DNA from: Opitutaceae bacterium
GTDB lineage: Bacteria > Verrucomicrobiota > Verrucomicrobiia > Opitutales > Opitutaceae
Direction of reading: 5' to 3'
NCBI GenBank assembly: GCA_043741015.1
Contig: JAYUBB010000138.1
Coordinates: 1-43,856 of the forward strand
Length of the DNA: 43,856 nt
Position 1 is the first letter of the stretch, and each line of letters starts with the position of its first letter. A model generated the notes under the pieces. That model did not search any database, had not been told where the DNA came from, and was given only the letters and a program-made list of their open reading frames with translations. Below are positions 8,818 to 17,907 of this stretch, in pieces. The position numbers and the translations under genes are program-made.

Positions 8818-10281
8818 ATGAACCCCGCCCAGCCACGCGACCATCCGCTTCAGGGGACGTTGCTCATCGGGGTGGTCGGCGCCATCGCTTTCCGGCTGTG
8901 GACGAGCTTTTGCTTTTTTCCTCTCGCCGAATGGAACTGCGTCCGGCTCGCCCCGACGTTCATGCTGTGGTTCGGCCCGACCCCCTACCCTGCGCTCGAC
9001 GGCGGCCCGCTCACCACGTGGATCTACGGCCCCGTGCCGCTGCTGCTGAATCTTCCGGCCGTCCTGGCCAGTGACACGATCTCGGCACTGTTCATTGCCG
9101 GAGTTCTCAACCAGCTCTGCGCACTCCTGCCCGCAGCGGTGGCGGTTTTCTCCTTGGCGCCGCCGGGATCCGAGACAACTCGCACCGACCGGGTCTGGGC
9201 GCTGCTGCTCTGCCTCGCGCTGTGGCCCAACCCCAGCCTGCAATACTTTCAAGCCGACAACCCGGCGGTCGCCTTCGGCCTGCTCTCCAATGTGCTGCTG
9301 CTGCGCGCCCGCGGTGGCCACCGAGTTCTGCTGGGACTGGCGGGCCTGTGCGCCGCGCTCGCCGTCTGGTCGAAGCAAACCGCCATCGGGCTCATGGCGG
9401 CGCAAGTGCTCTGGGTCGGGCTGGCCGTGGGTTTCAGGGCGGCCGGACGCTACGCCTTCATCTGTGCCGCGTTCGGTCTGGCCCTCGGCGCTGGTTTCAT
9501 CGCGTGGTTCGGCTTTGACGAACTCTGGCTCAACCTGGTGCGCATTCCGGGAAGACTGCCGTTCGGGGCAGATCCACTCGCGCGCACCCTCGATTTTTGG
9601 ATGCCTCTTTCGGGCTATGTGCTGCTGCCGGCCGCCGGCCTGATCGTGGCCCGCCGGGCGATTTGGAAACGCGACTCACCGTGGCTGCTCCCCGGGCTGA
9701 CCTGGCTGTGCCTGCTGCCGGGGGCACTGGTGTCGACCTACCGGATTGGCGGTGCCACCAACTCGCTGAACTCCTTTCTGTATTTGCTGCCCCTCGGAGC
9801 CGTGGCCATCGTGGCCGCATTGCGGCGCTTCGCCCCACGCGCCTCACACGCGTGGCTGGCTGCAGGCATTCTCGCCGTTCTCACCCAACAACTGGCCTCG
9901 TCTCCCTTGCTGCCGCTGCGACCATTGACCACGCAGCTCGTCGAGGCGGAGCAACTGGCCCGCCAGTTCCCCGGTCGGATCTATTTTCCCTGGCATCCGC
10001 TGGTGACCTTCTTCAGCGAGCACCGCTTCTATCACGCCGAGGACGGGCTTTATACGCGTCACATCGCCGGTCTCCCAGTTGACCCGGCCGCCGCCCGGCG
10101 CGATCTTCCCCCGGCGTGGTCCATGACCGCGATACCCGGCTGGAGAGACCAGGGCATCTATAAGCAATTGCAGCCCCCCACGGCACAGCTCGGCTTCAGC
10201 GGCAAATGGTCGGTCTATCTCTGGCCAGCGGCCCACGATCCCGCCCGGCCGGAAAGACGGCCCGGAAAAATCAACCCATAA
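8818..10281 (+). CDS. Polytopic membrane protein, possibly GT-C-fold glycosyltransferase-like
   Basis: 487 aa, many hydrophobic helices, early loop Y(P)...YGP, later QADNP and WSKQT motifs typical of PMT/ArnT-like proteins; function inferred. Confidence 0.55.
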   Translation: MNPAQPRDHPLQGTLLIGVVGAIAFRLWTSFCFFPLAEWNCVRLAPTFMLWFGPTPYPALDGGPLTTWIYGPVPLLLNLPAVLASDTISALFIAGVLNQLCALLPAAVAVFSLAPPGSETTRTDRVWALLLCLALWPNPSLQYFQADNPAVAFGLLSNVLLLRARGGHRVLLGLAGLCAALAVWSKQTAIGLMAAQVLWVGLAVGFRAAGRYAFICAAFGLALGAGFIAWFGFDELWLNLVRIPGRLPFGADPLARTLDFWMPLSGYVLLPAAGLIVARRAIWKRDSPWLLPGLTWLCLLPGALVSTYRIGGATNSLNSFLYLLPLGAVAIVAALRRFAPRASHAWLAAGILAVLTQQLASSPLLPLRPLTTQLVEAEQLARQFPGRIYFPWHPLVTFFSEHRFYHAEDGLYTRHIAGLPVDPAAARRDLPPAWSMTAIPGWRDQGIYKQLQPPTAQLGFSGKWSVYLWPAAHDPARPERRPGKINP

Positions 10282-10360
10282 CGTCCGCGTTTGGACGGAT
10301 TAAATAACTCGTCCGCCTGCCTCACCCGGACAACATGACAATGGAAATCAATCTCCTGAA

Positions 10361-10978
10361 ATGAAGCCGTCACTCCGTTCGCTTTCGCTGATAACTGCTC
10401 TGTTTCTCGGTCCGCTGCTGGCACAGGACGCTTCAGCCCCCACAGACCGGAGTGCACGGGCTCAACAGGCGGCCGAACAGCGCCTGGCCTATGCGGCCTC
10501 GGCTGAGTATAATCCGTATGAAAGCGACAGTAGAGGGTTCCGGAAATCCGCCGAGGCATTTCTGGCCAAGAAGGATTTCGTCCAGGCCGTCGCCGAGGCC
10601 AAAAAAGGGCTCGCCGTGTCCCAATATAATATCGAGCTCCTGATGCTTCTGGCCTCCGCCTACCGGGCTTCGGGCGATATTCCCAACGCCGACAAAACGC
10701 GGGAACAGTGGATGAGTCTGGTGGATTCGATCCTGCGGAGTGGCGACGGCCGGGATTTCAAGACAGCTTTCCGTGTGATCAGCGTGGACGAGGAATATAC
10801 CGTGCTGCGAATCATGAAATTGGACATGGTGAGCCAGACGTTGAGAGGGCATGAGGGCAGCGAATTTGATGTCATGCAGGTCAAGGATCCCAGGTCCGGC
10901 AAGGAGCTCACCTTGTATTTCAACATCGACCTGCCCAAGAAATGGCTGAATCGGGAATTCTCCAAACCGGTGAAATGA
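10361..10978 (+). CDS. Secreted helical-repeat protein, DUF4919-like
   Basis: Signal peptide, TPR-like helices, C-terminal SILRSGDG...AFRVISVDEEY...FDV...LYFNID motif. Confidence 0.65.
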   Translation: MKPSLRSLSLITALFLGPLLAQDASAPTDRSARAQQAAEQRLAYAASAEYNPYESDSRGFRKSAEAFLAKKDFVQAVAEAKKGLAVSQYNIELLMLLASAYRASGDIPNADKTREQWMSLVDSILRSGDGRDFKTAFRVISVDEEYTVLRIMKLDMVSQTLRGHEGSEFDVMQVKDPRSGKELTLYFNIDLPKKWLNREFSKPVK

Positions 10979-11370
10979 ATCCGCCGATGCGCCCCAACAT
11001 ACTCACCGTTGATGACTCCAAGGGATTGCGGCTCATGGTCGGGAAGGCACTCAGCGCTTTCGACTGCGAGGTGAATGAGGCCAGCAACGGCTATAATGCC
11101 TTCTTCGCCATCGAGCGGACCCGGCCCGACCTGATCCTGCTCGACGTCGCCATGCCGGTCATGAACGGCGTGGATATGCTCGAGCGGTTGAAAGCCACCC
11201 CCGAACTCGCCGGCATCCCCGTGCTCATGCTCACCTCGCCGACCGATCACGCGGTCATGGGCGAGATCAAAACCCTGGGTGCCAGCGGCACGCTGATGAA
11301 GCCTTTCACCGCGGCCGCTCTCCTCGAAAAAATCCGCCGCATCCTCAAGTTGAAACCGATCAAATCCTAG
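10975..11370 (+). CDS. Single-domain response regulator (CheY-like)
   Basis: ILTVDD, DLILLDVAMPVMNG, LMLT, KPF; ATGA overlap with the upstream stop. Confidence 0.9.
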   Translation: MNPPMRPNILTVDDSKGLRLMVGKALSAFDCEVNEASNGYNAFFAIERTRPDLILLDVAMPVMNGVDMLERLKATPELAGIPVLMLTSPTDHAVMGEIKTLGASGTLMKPFTAAALLEKIRRILKLKPIKS

Positions 11371-11900
11371 CGCCGGCCACCCCCGCGTCGCGTCTGGCTG
11401 AATCTATCAAATGACTCCTTCCGGCCACTCCCGTTGGCGAAAAAGATTAAAATGGGCCCTGGGTGCGACGGTCGGATTGTTGGCGGCCGGGGCAGCCTGC
11501 GCTGCGCTGCCGGCCACGAGCGCCGGCATCACCCAGGCGCCGTTCGGCCGTCTGCCCGATGGCACGCCGGTTGCACTCTACACACTCCGCAACCCGCAAG
11601 GGGCGGAGGCCCGCATCTGCACCTACGGCGGGATCCTCACGGCGCTGACGGTCCCGGACAAGCACGGTACCTTCGGCGATGTCGTGCTTGGTTACGACCA
11701 GCTCGACGGCTACCTCCAGTCCAGCCCTTATTTCGGCGCGCTGATCGGGCGCTACGCCAACCGGATCGGCCCATGGCCGCTTCACCCTTGAGGGCCGCCG
11801 CTACACCGTGCCGCCGCTCTACGGACCGCACAGTCTGCATGGCGGCTTGAAGGGTAATAATATACTTGACGCACCGTTATTCCCGGTGCAAGGTAGGCCC

Positions 11901-12887
11901 ATGAAAACGGATATGGCCTCTTCTTTCCCCTCTACTCTCCAAGGCGCAATGATCTTCTTTGCCGAGCCGGCGAACGGCCTTGAATTCATGTGCTCGCTTC
12001 GCTGGCCCAACGGTGTCGTTACCTGCCCCCATTGCCAGAGTGAGCGCGTGTCCTTCATTTCGACCCGCTCCAAGTGGAAGTGTATCTCTTGCGCGAAGCA
12101 GTTTTCGGCCAAGGTGGGGACGATCTTTGAGGACAGCCCGCTTGGTTACGACAAGTGGTTTCCGGCAATGTGGATGATCTGTAACGCGAAAAACGGGATT
12201 AGTTCTTACGAGCTTCACCGCGCTTTGGGCGTCACCCAAAAAACCGCTTGGTTCATGCTCCACCGTATCCGGCTCGCCATGCAGACCGGCTCCATTGAAA
12301 AGATGAAAGGCGAGGTGGAAGCCGACGAGACCTTTATCGGCGCGAAGGCTCGCAACATGCACGTTGGAAAGCGCAAGGTAAAGGGAACGGGAGTTATCGG
12401 AAAGACCGCCGTTATGGGTCTGCTTGAGCGTTCCGAACGGAAGGGCCATTCCCGCGTTGCCGTGAAGGTCATCCCGAACCGCAAGACCGCCATGATTCAC
12501 TCCAGCGTGTGCGAGGTCGTTCAACCGGGCAGCACGGTTTACACCGATGCCCTGTCCTCCTATCGCTATCTTAACGAGGAATACGTTCACGGCGTCATTG
12601 ACCACGCTGTGAAGTACGTTGATGGGAAGGTTCACACTAACGGACTCGAAAACTTTTGGTCGTTGCTGAAGCGGGCCATTCGCGGCACTTACGTTAACGT
12701 GGAGCCTTTCCATTTGTTTCGGTATTTGGACGAACAAGCCTTCCGGTTCAACGAGCGCAAGGATTGCGACTCTGGCCGGTTTCTGCGGACTGCAATAGGC
12801 ATCCTCGGAAAGCGTCTGACTTACTTCAGTCTGACGGATGGCAAAGGTGGTGAGGACCTTCACCCATGCTCGGCAACGGCGTGGTAA
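11901..12887 (+). CDS. IS1595-family DDE transposase
   Basis: Zn ribbon CPHC...CISC, HTH region (GISSYELHRALGVTQKTAWFMLHRIR), catalytic VEADETFIG, VYTD and HTNGLENFWSLLKR, plus YLDEQAFRFN. Confidence 0.95.
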   Translation: MKTDMASSFPSTLQGAMIFFAEPANGLEFMCSLRWPNGVVTCPHCQSERVSFISTRSKWKCISCAKQFSAKVGTIFEDSPLGYDKWFPAMWMICNAKNGISSYELHRALGVTQKTAWFMLHRIRLAMQTGSIEKMKGEVEADETFIGAKARNMHVGKRKVKGTGVIGKTAVMGLLERSERKGHSRVAVKVIPNRKTAMIHSSVCEVVQPGSTVYTDALSSYRYLNEEYVHGVIDHAVKYVDGKVHTNGLENFWSLLKRAIRGTYVNVEPFHLFRYLDEQAFRFNERKDCDSGRFLRTAIGILGKRLTYFSLTDGKGGEDLHPCSATAW

Positions 12888-12903
12888 GCGCACCGACTGA
12901 TTT

Positions 12904-13194
12904 ATGAAAACGCTCTCATTCATGCTGTGTGTTTTGTGGTCGGTCATTTTATGCGCTCAAGACAAACAAGACCAATCCGGCAGCAGCAATGGAAAGGCTC
13001 CCGACAACAAGCAGGGAACCGACAACTCGCCGCTTGTGGTCAAGGTTGTGCCAACCCCAAAGACAGCCAAAGAAACCGCAGATGAGGCCGAAGAGCATAA
13101 ACAACACACGTCCAACGAAAGAGAAACTTTGTTGACCAATCACCGACTGTTCACCGTGACCTGGGTGCTTGCCGGCAGAAATCAAGCCACATAA
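12904..13194 (+). CDS. IS passenger: signal-peptide-bearing hypothetical protein, possibly truncated
   Basis: 96 aa; hydrophobic N-terminus, polar linker, ends shortly after a partial hydrophobic stretch (LFTVTWVLA). Confidence 0.55.
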   Translation: MKTLSFMLCVLWSVILCAQDKQDQSGSSNGKAPDNKQGTDNSPLVVKVVPTPKTAKETADEAEEHKQHTSNERETLLTNHRLFTVTWVLAGRNQAT

Positions 13195-13212
13195 CGAAAA
13201 AAGGACCGCTTT

Positions 13213-13359
13213 ATGTCCGAAACCAAACCAACCACCGCCTCCTTTGAGGACTTTCGCAATTTCGCCAAGCGCGTTGTATCCGTCCCGAAGGCGGAAATAG
13301 ATCGCCGCGAAAAAGCCTATCAGGCGGCGCGCAAAGGCCTGCGCAAAGCGAAGGCCTGA
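13213..13359 (+). CDS. IS passenger: 48-aa basic helical peptide (not in ORF track)
   Basis: AAGGA at 13201-13205, ATG 13213, TGA 13357-13359; MSETKPTTASFEDFRNFAKRVVSVPKAEIDRREKAYQAARKGLRKAKA. Confidence 0.65.
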   Translation: MSETKPTTASFEDFRNFAKRVVSVPKAEIDRREKAYQAARKGLRKAKA

Positions 13360-14229
13360 GCCGCCCCATGTCTGCCTGTCATGGCATATTCCGGGGCACC
13401 CGGGTGGGTGCGTCAAGTATATTATTACCGCTTGAAGGGCTTCGACAAGGTCGTCTGGACCGTCAGCGCCACCCGCGTTACCGGCCCGGACGTCTCCCTC
13501 GAACTCAGCTACCTCAGCCGTGACGGGGAGGAGGGCTTCCCCGGCAACCTGCAGGTCACGGCCACCTACACGCTGACCGGCGACAATACCCTGCGCCTGG
13601 AATTCAAGGCCACGACGGACGCCGTCACGGTGTGCAACCTCACGCATCACTCGTATTTCAATCTCGCCGGCCGGGGCGATGTCCTCGGCCACGTCCTCAC
13701 GCTCAACGCCAGTCGCTTCACGCCCGTGGATGCCGCCATGCTTCCCACCGGCGAGCTGCGACCGGTATCGGGCACGCCATTTGACTTCACGCGACCCACC
13801 CCCATCGGCGCGCACATCAGCGACGACGACGAGCAGCTCAGATTTGGCCATGGTTACGACCACAACTGGGTGCTGGGCCCGGCCGTGCCCGGCCGGCTGG
13901 CGCATGCCGCCACGGTCGCCGACCCGGCGAGTGGTCGCGTCATGGAAGTCTGGACCGACGCCCCCGGGCTGCAGTTCTACACCGCCAATCACCTCAACGG
14001 CATAGCGGGCAAAGGTGGCTGGAAGTATGCTCCCCGTCAGGCCTTCTGCCTCGAACCGCAGCGATTCCCCGACGCACCGAACCAGCCCTCCTTCCCTTCT
14101 GCGGTCCTGCACCCCGGCGAGATCTACCAGAGCACCATCCTCTACAAGTTCTCCGTTAGCCAAGTTCAGTCGGCCGGCCAAAAATAATCTGCGACCTCGG
14201 CTGGCGGGAGGTGTCACAATCCTTCGCCC

Positions 14230-14442
14230 ATGAGCAGTCCATTCCCCCCACGCAACGGCGGCCCCCACCTCGTTGACCATCATTCGCACCAGCCTGCCTG
14301 GAAACGGATCCACCGCAGCCCGTTCTTCTGGGTGGCGGCCGTCTTTATCATGGTGGCCATGACCGTCTATGTCATGACCGGTAACCTGGCGACCGTGCCC
14401 GGCAATAAGACGCAGCAGCCCGTCCCCGCTCTCGCGCCCTGA
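14230..14442 (+). CDS. Small single-TM hypothetical protein
   Basis: 70 aa with one hydrophobic helix (PFFWVAAVFIMVAMTVYVM); GC-rich codon use. Confidence 0.6.
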   Translation: MSSPFPPRNGGPHLVDHHSHQPAWKRIHRSPFFWVAAVFIMVAMTVYVMTGNLATVPGNKTQQPVPALAP

Positions 14443-14505
14443 TTTGGCAAACCACCAAGCGCCCGTTACGGGACGGGCAAACAGCCTGCCTGAATCGGCG
14501 AGGGC

Positions 14506-14703
14506 TTACTTCACCACCGGAAGGTGGATGTCCCCGGAGTTGTTGATGACGCCGAAGCCGTAGAGCAGCCACAGGATGACCACGATCACGACGACGACGT
14601 TAAGGATCTTTTTGATCGTCGCCTGCATCGGAATGTAGGTGTTGATCAACCAGAGGACGACGCCGACGACAATCAGGGTGAGGACTACGTTAAGAAGAGG
14701 CAT
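14506..14703 (-). CDS. Small two-TM membrane protein (Thivi_2564-like)
   Basis: MPLLNVVLTLIVVGVVLWLINTYIPMQATIKKILNVVVVIVVILWLL matches the pattern of this family. Confidence 0.75.
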   Translation of the reverse strand: MPLLNVVLTLIVVGVVLWLINTYIPMQATIKKILNVVVVIVVILWLLYGFGVINNSGDIHLPVVK

Positions 14704-14786
14704 GACCCGAGAATAGCCGGAAGCGGCGCGGGCCAGTATGGGGTTTAACCCTATATCCGCGAGCAGCGGAGGGGAATGCCGGGCGT

Positions 14787-15617
14787 TTAAAAACAGGCCT
14801 GGGCGCAAAGCAGCATGGATTGCAGCTGCAGCTGGCCGCCAGCGAGCGGCGCTGCCCCAGCCGGCGTGCCCTCAAGCACCGCGGTGTGGCGGATCACATT
14901 CACGACCTGCCCGTTGACGACATGCACGGCGGTGTCCGCCGATGGTGTAAAGTTCCAGCGTATTCCACTCCCCGTTCGGCTTCTCAAAATCCCCCCACGC
15001 GATGGGCCGCCCGGCTCTTTCACGCCCGCGCCCACCGTGACCAATGCGCCCGCCGGATCATGGATCCAGATCCGGGATGGCTGCTGACGAGGACTACGTC
15101 GCCGCGCGCGCCACCGAGTGGATACAAGTCACCCATGTCCATTTCCTGGATTTCAAACTCCAAGCAGCGCTTTCAGGTGTTCCAAAATGCACCGTGCGGA
15201 CCCGTGCAATGATAGAGCAAACCGCTGTTCCACGGCAGAGCCAGGCGTGGCTCCCATTTCCGTTCGCCCCACTTCACGTCCACGCAGAGATGATAGTTGG
15301 AAAAACTTTCCCGGGTCGTCAGACCGCCCCCAAATCTCGCCCGTGACATGAAGCACGGGCTCCCCCGACTCCAGGCTTACAGCGAAAATGTGCTTGTCAT
15401 CGTTGCCCAGCCCCATCGGCGTGCCACTGCGGCCATTGACACTCGTGGGCGTGCCGGCCGGCAACCCTTCGACGCTCTGATGCGGAACCCCCATCCAGGC
15501 TTCCCAAGCAGAAGGATTTTCATCGAGCAGCGATCGCCACTCCCCGCCTTCAGCCGCCTGAGCGGCCGAAGCCCAACCGAAAACGACTATGGCTGTGGTC
15601 AGAAGTCTGGTTCTCAT
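14787..15617 (-). pseudogene. Decayed secreted DUF1080 (3-keto-disaccharide hydrolase-like) gene
   Basis: Motifs spread across frames: signal peptide, VLHVTGEIWG, GLTTRESFSNYHL...KWG...NSGLLYH, FWNT*(TGA 15173-15175)KRCLEFEIQE, DFEKPNGEWNTLEL, VHVVNGQVV, GQLQLQS, then an unrelated tail. Confidence 0.8.
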
Positions 15618-15630
15618 GGTAATTTTTATA

Positions 15631-16055
15631 AACTGACCTACTTTGCTGTGCTTTTCCAGTTCGCATAACGCACGTCTGCCCGACAATGTACGGCTGACAT
15701 AGCCCGCATCCGGTGAAATCTTTAACCCCTAAATCGGCCTTGATCGTAAGTTTCCTCTGCGCGGGGGTTACAGGGTTCTTTTACTTTCTGCTCATACGCA
15801 CTGCCATCGACTCCGGAATCAAATGGGGCCTGTTTGGAGCCCATCTTCTTGTAGCGGGGATTGGATTGATTGTTGGCGTCGTTGCCCTGGCGAAGCGGCA
15901 ATGGCTTGCCCTATTCCCGATAGGGGTCTGCGGCTATTTTCTCTGGCTCCAGCTCCTGACCTAGAATGCACAGGCCAATTGTTTCCTGCGCCGGATACTC
16001 TGACTGCGCCTCAGAGTGAAGAAGACAGCTTTAAGCACACTAAAGTAGGTCAGTT
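15631..16055. mobile_element. Putative non-autonomous inverted-repeat-bounded unit (425 bp)
   Basis: aactgacctactttgctgtgctt (15631-15653) and aagcacactaaagtaggtcagtt (16033-16055) are 21/23 inverted; AT-richer interior with one small gene. Mobility is inferred. Confidence 0.5.
15713..15964 (+). CDS. Small three-TM hypothetical membrane protein
   Basis: 83 aa, GTG start, three hydrophobic segments, atypical low-GC codon use. Confidence 0.6.
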   Translation: MKSLTPKSALIVSFLCAGVTGFFYFLLIRTAIDSGIKWGLFGAHLLVAGIGLIVGVVALAKRQWLALFPIGVCGYFLWLQLLT

Positions 16056-16073
16056 CTTAATTTTTAGCGCTGG

Positions 16074-17495
16074 TCAGTGTTTACGCGGATAATGCCTCGT
16101 CACATCCTCGATCACCACCACCCAATCCCCGCCCTGCGGTCTCTTCTCCAGGGTCAGACGGCCGGGATTGGCAAAGTTCTCCACGATCATCTCGCTCAAG
16201 CCCGTCTCGGGACTGAGCCAATAGGCGTTCAACCTGGCGCCTGAAATCGCGGCGGTGTTGAGGGTGACTGCTTGCGGGGCGCTGAGGTAGGCCATGAGGT
16301 AGGTGGCATCGTTGTGCCCTGGCGTGCCATCGCGCGTCGCTTGCACTCGGGTGGCAACGTCGGTCCCCTGCCCCGCCAGCACCAGACTCTGGTCGGGCAT
16401 GCGCGAGAGGTAGGGATGCGAATTGAGGAGCGCCTTGATGTGATGCAGTTGACGGACTGCAGGGGTGTCGAGCGCCTGAGTCCAGTGCTCCACGCCGGGG
16501 CTCCAGCCTTTCAGCATCCAGGGCTGCGCCGTGTGCGGCGTCATCTGCCACAGCGCATTGTGCCCATAAGCATAGCCGGCGCCGCCGGCGAACACACACT
16601 GATACAGGCTCCGGCGTTGAATGAGCGGGTCTTCCTGCGTGCCGGATTCATAACGGTGCTCCGCCATCATGGTGGGCTTGGTCGGCGCGGTGGCGGGCAG
16701 GTTCCAGTCGCCCAGCACCAGTGCGGCGGCGTCATAGGCGGCGTTCGGCGCAGCGTTGCCCGACTTGGCCTGGCTCATGTAGAAATCCAGCCACGGCGAC
16801 GAGGCGTAGAATTTGGAGGTAGAGTTCCCGGACACCGGGTGAACCGTGACCAAGTTGCGGCCCGCGCACCCCTCCTTCAGCCCCAGCCCGATGGCGTTCA
16901 CGCGCGCCGGCTCGATGTAGTGCGGTGAAGCCTCGCCCCCGGCACATAGGATGACACTGGGCATGCCCATGAAGTGGCGGCCCAAGGCGCGGCCCAGCAC
17001 GGTCAATTGCGCGGCGGTGTAATGGTTCATCGTTCCGGCCTTTTCCCCCGCCCACATCGCATAGATCATCACATACAGACCGCGGTCGGCAGCCTTTTTG
17101 ACAAGGGCGTCGCAGAATTGAAAATAGGCCGGGTTGAGTTCGGTTTTTTCCACGCCGAGGTAGGCGGGCTGGTCGTAGGCATTCTTCTCGTCCGCCTGCG
17201 GGGCGAAGTTCAGAGTGAACATCACCGTGTTGAATCCGTGTTCTGTGCGGCTTTGCAGGTAGGTATCGATTTCCGCGAGCTTCAGCGCGCCAAGATTCCA
17301 AGCGGTGTCCGCGAGGATAAACACCGGTGCGCCCGTCTTGGCATCCACCAGATAGCGCTGGTTACCGCTGACCTTGAGCCCATGTTTAACCCCGGACCGG
17401 GAGGAAGACGCCCAAGTCACGGAACTGCACGAAACCAGCACCGGGGCAAGGACGAGCAGGAAAGCACCGGCCAGCACGGGGCAGAGTCTTTTCAC
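16074..17495 (-). CDS. DUF4038/GH140 apiosidase-like glycoside hydrolase with C-terminal collagen-binding-like domain; probable lipoprotein
   Basis: PVFILADTAW, YL..R...GFN, TVHP, WLDFYMSQ, E..YE, GYAYGHNALW, C-terminal DWVVVI; likely GTG start at 17495 gives lipobox-like LVSC. Confidence 0.75.
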   Translation of the reverse strand: MKRLCPVLAGAFLLVLAPVLVSCSSVTWASSSRSGVKHGLKVSGNQRYLVDAKTGAPVFILADTAWNLGALKLAEIDTYLQSRTEHGFNTVMFTLNFAPQADEKNAYDQPAYLGVEKTELNPAYFQFCDALVKKAADRGLYVMIYAMWAGEKAGTMNHYTAAQLTVLGRALGRHFMGMPSVILCAGGEASPHYIEPARVNAIGLGLKEGCAGRNLVTVHPVSGNSTSKFYASSPWLDFYMSQAKSGNAAPNAAYDAAALVLGDWNLPATAPTKPTMMAEHRYESGTQEDPLIQRRSLYQCVFAGGAGYAYGHNALWQMTPHTAQPWMLKGWSPGVEHWTQALDTPAVRQLHHIKALLNSHPYLSRMPDQSLVLAGQGTDVATRVQATRDGTPGHNDATYLMAYLSAPQAVTLNTAAISGARLNAYWLSPETGLSEMIVENFANPGRLTLEKRPQGGDWVVVIEDVTRHYPRKH

Positions 17496-17565
17496 CGGGC
17501 GAAGCTGGTTTTTCGCGCGCCAGCTGTCACGTCTCTTCGGCGATCGGAGCGCTCTCCGGAAAACC

Positions 17566-17802
17566 CTAGCAGTGCCGGACGAATTCGCCAATGAACCGGT
17601 CGATATTATTGCCCGTAACCTCGGCTTCGATCTCCCGTCTCAGGCCGTGGATTTTCTGGGTCAGGTGTACGGTCACACCCAAACGCCGCGCCAACCGGAG
17701 GATGGCTTGCGAACGTTTTGATTCCCAACGCCAGCAGGTCAGGCCGACACAGATCGGCTTGGCGGGCAGGCTTTCCGGCAGGATGTCAGCGGGTGGCTCC
17801 AT
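17566..17802 (-). CDS. Hypothetical protein (78 aa)
   Basis: ATG with an upstream GGAG-like RBS; co-oriented with neighbours; no recognisable motif. Confidence 0.45.
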   Translation of the reverse strand: MEPPADILPESLPAKPICVGLTCWRWESKRSQAILRLARRLGVTVHLTQKIHGLRREIEAEVTGNNIDRFIGEFVRHC

Positions 17803-17907
17803 ACAATCTCCCTTGGTAGCCTATTTCAGGCCAACCGGACCGGCTTCTCGTCCACGGGGCTTATAAAATGACCCAGCTCAAGCGGGATTTGGGCCGGCCT
17901 GAAGCCC

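Larger units (their letters stand above)
11853..13429 (+). mobile_element. IS1595-family insertion sequence with passenger ORFs (1,577 bp)
   Basis: Perfect 23-bp TIRs ggtaataatatacttgacgcacc (11853-11875; inverse at 13407-13429); 8-bp direct repeat gcttgaag at 11845-11852 and 13430-13437; lower GC than flanks. Confidence 0.96.
11411..14187 (+). pseudogene. galM: Aldose 1-epimerase (mutarotase), frameshifted and IS-interrupted
   Basis: 5' part DVVLGYD...YFGALIGRYANRI, +1 frameshift near 11768-11770, then SLHGGLK; IS at 11853-13429; resumes GFDKVVW...EGFPGNL...NLTHHSYFNL...GYDHNW...PGLQFYTAN...FCLEPQRFPD to stop at 14187. Confidence 0.92.

Noticed and set aside
12949-14313. 454-aa minus-strand ORF crossing the IS right end
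   Set aside because: Antisense to the galM 3' half and IS cargo, and it spans a recent insertion junction, so it cannot be a coherent gene.
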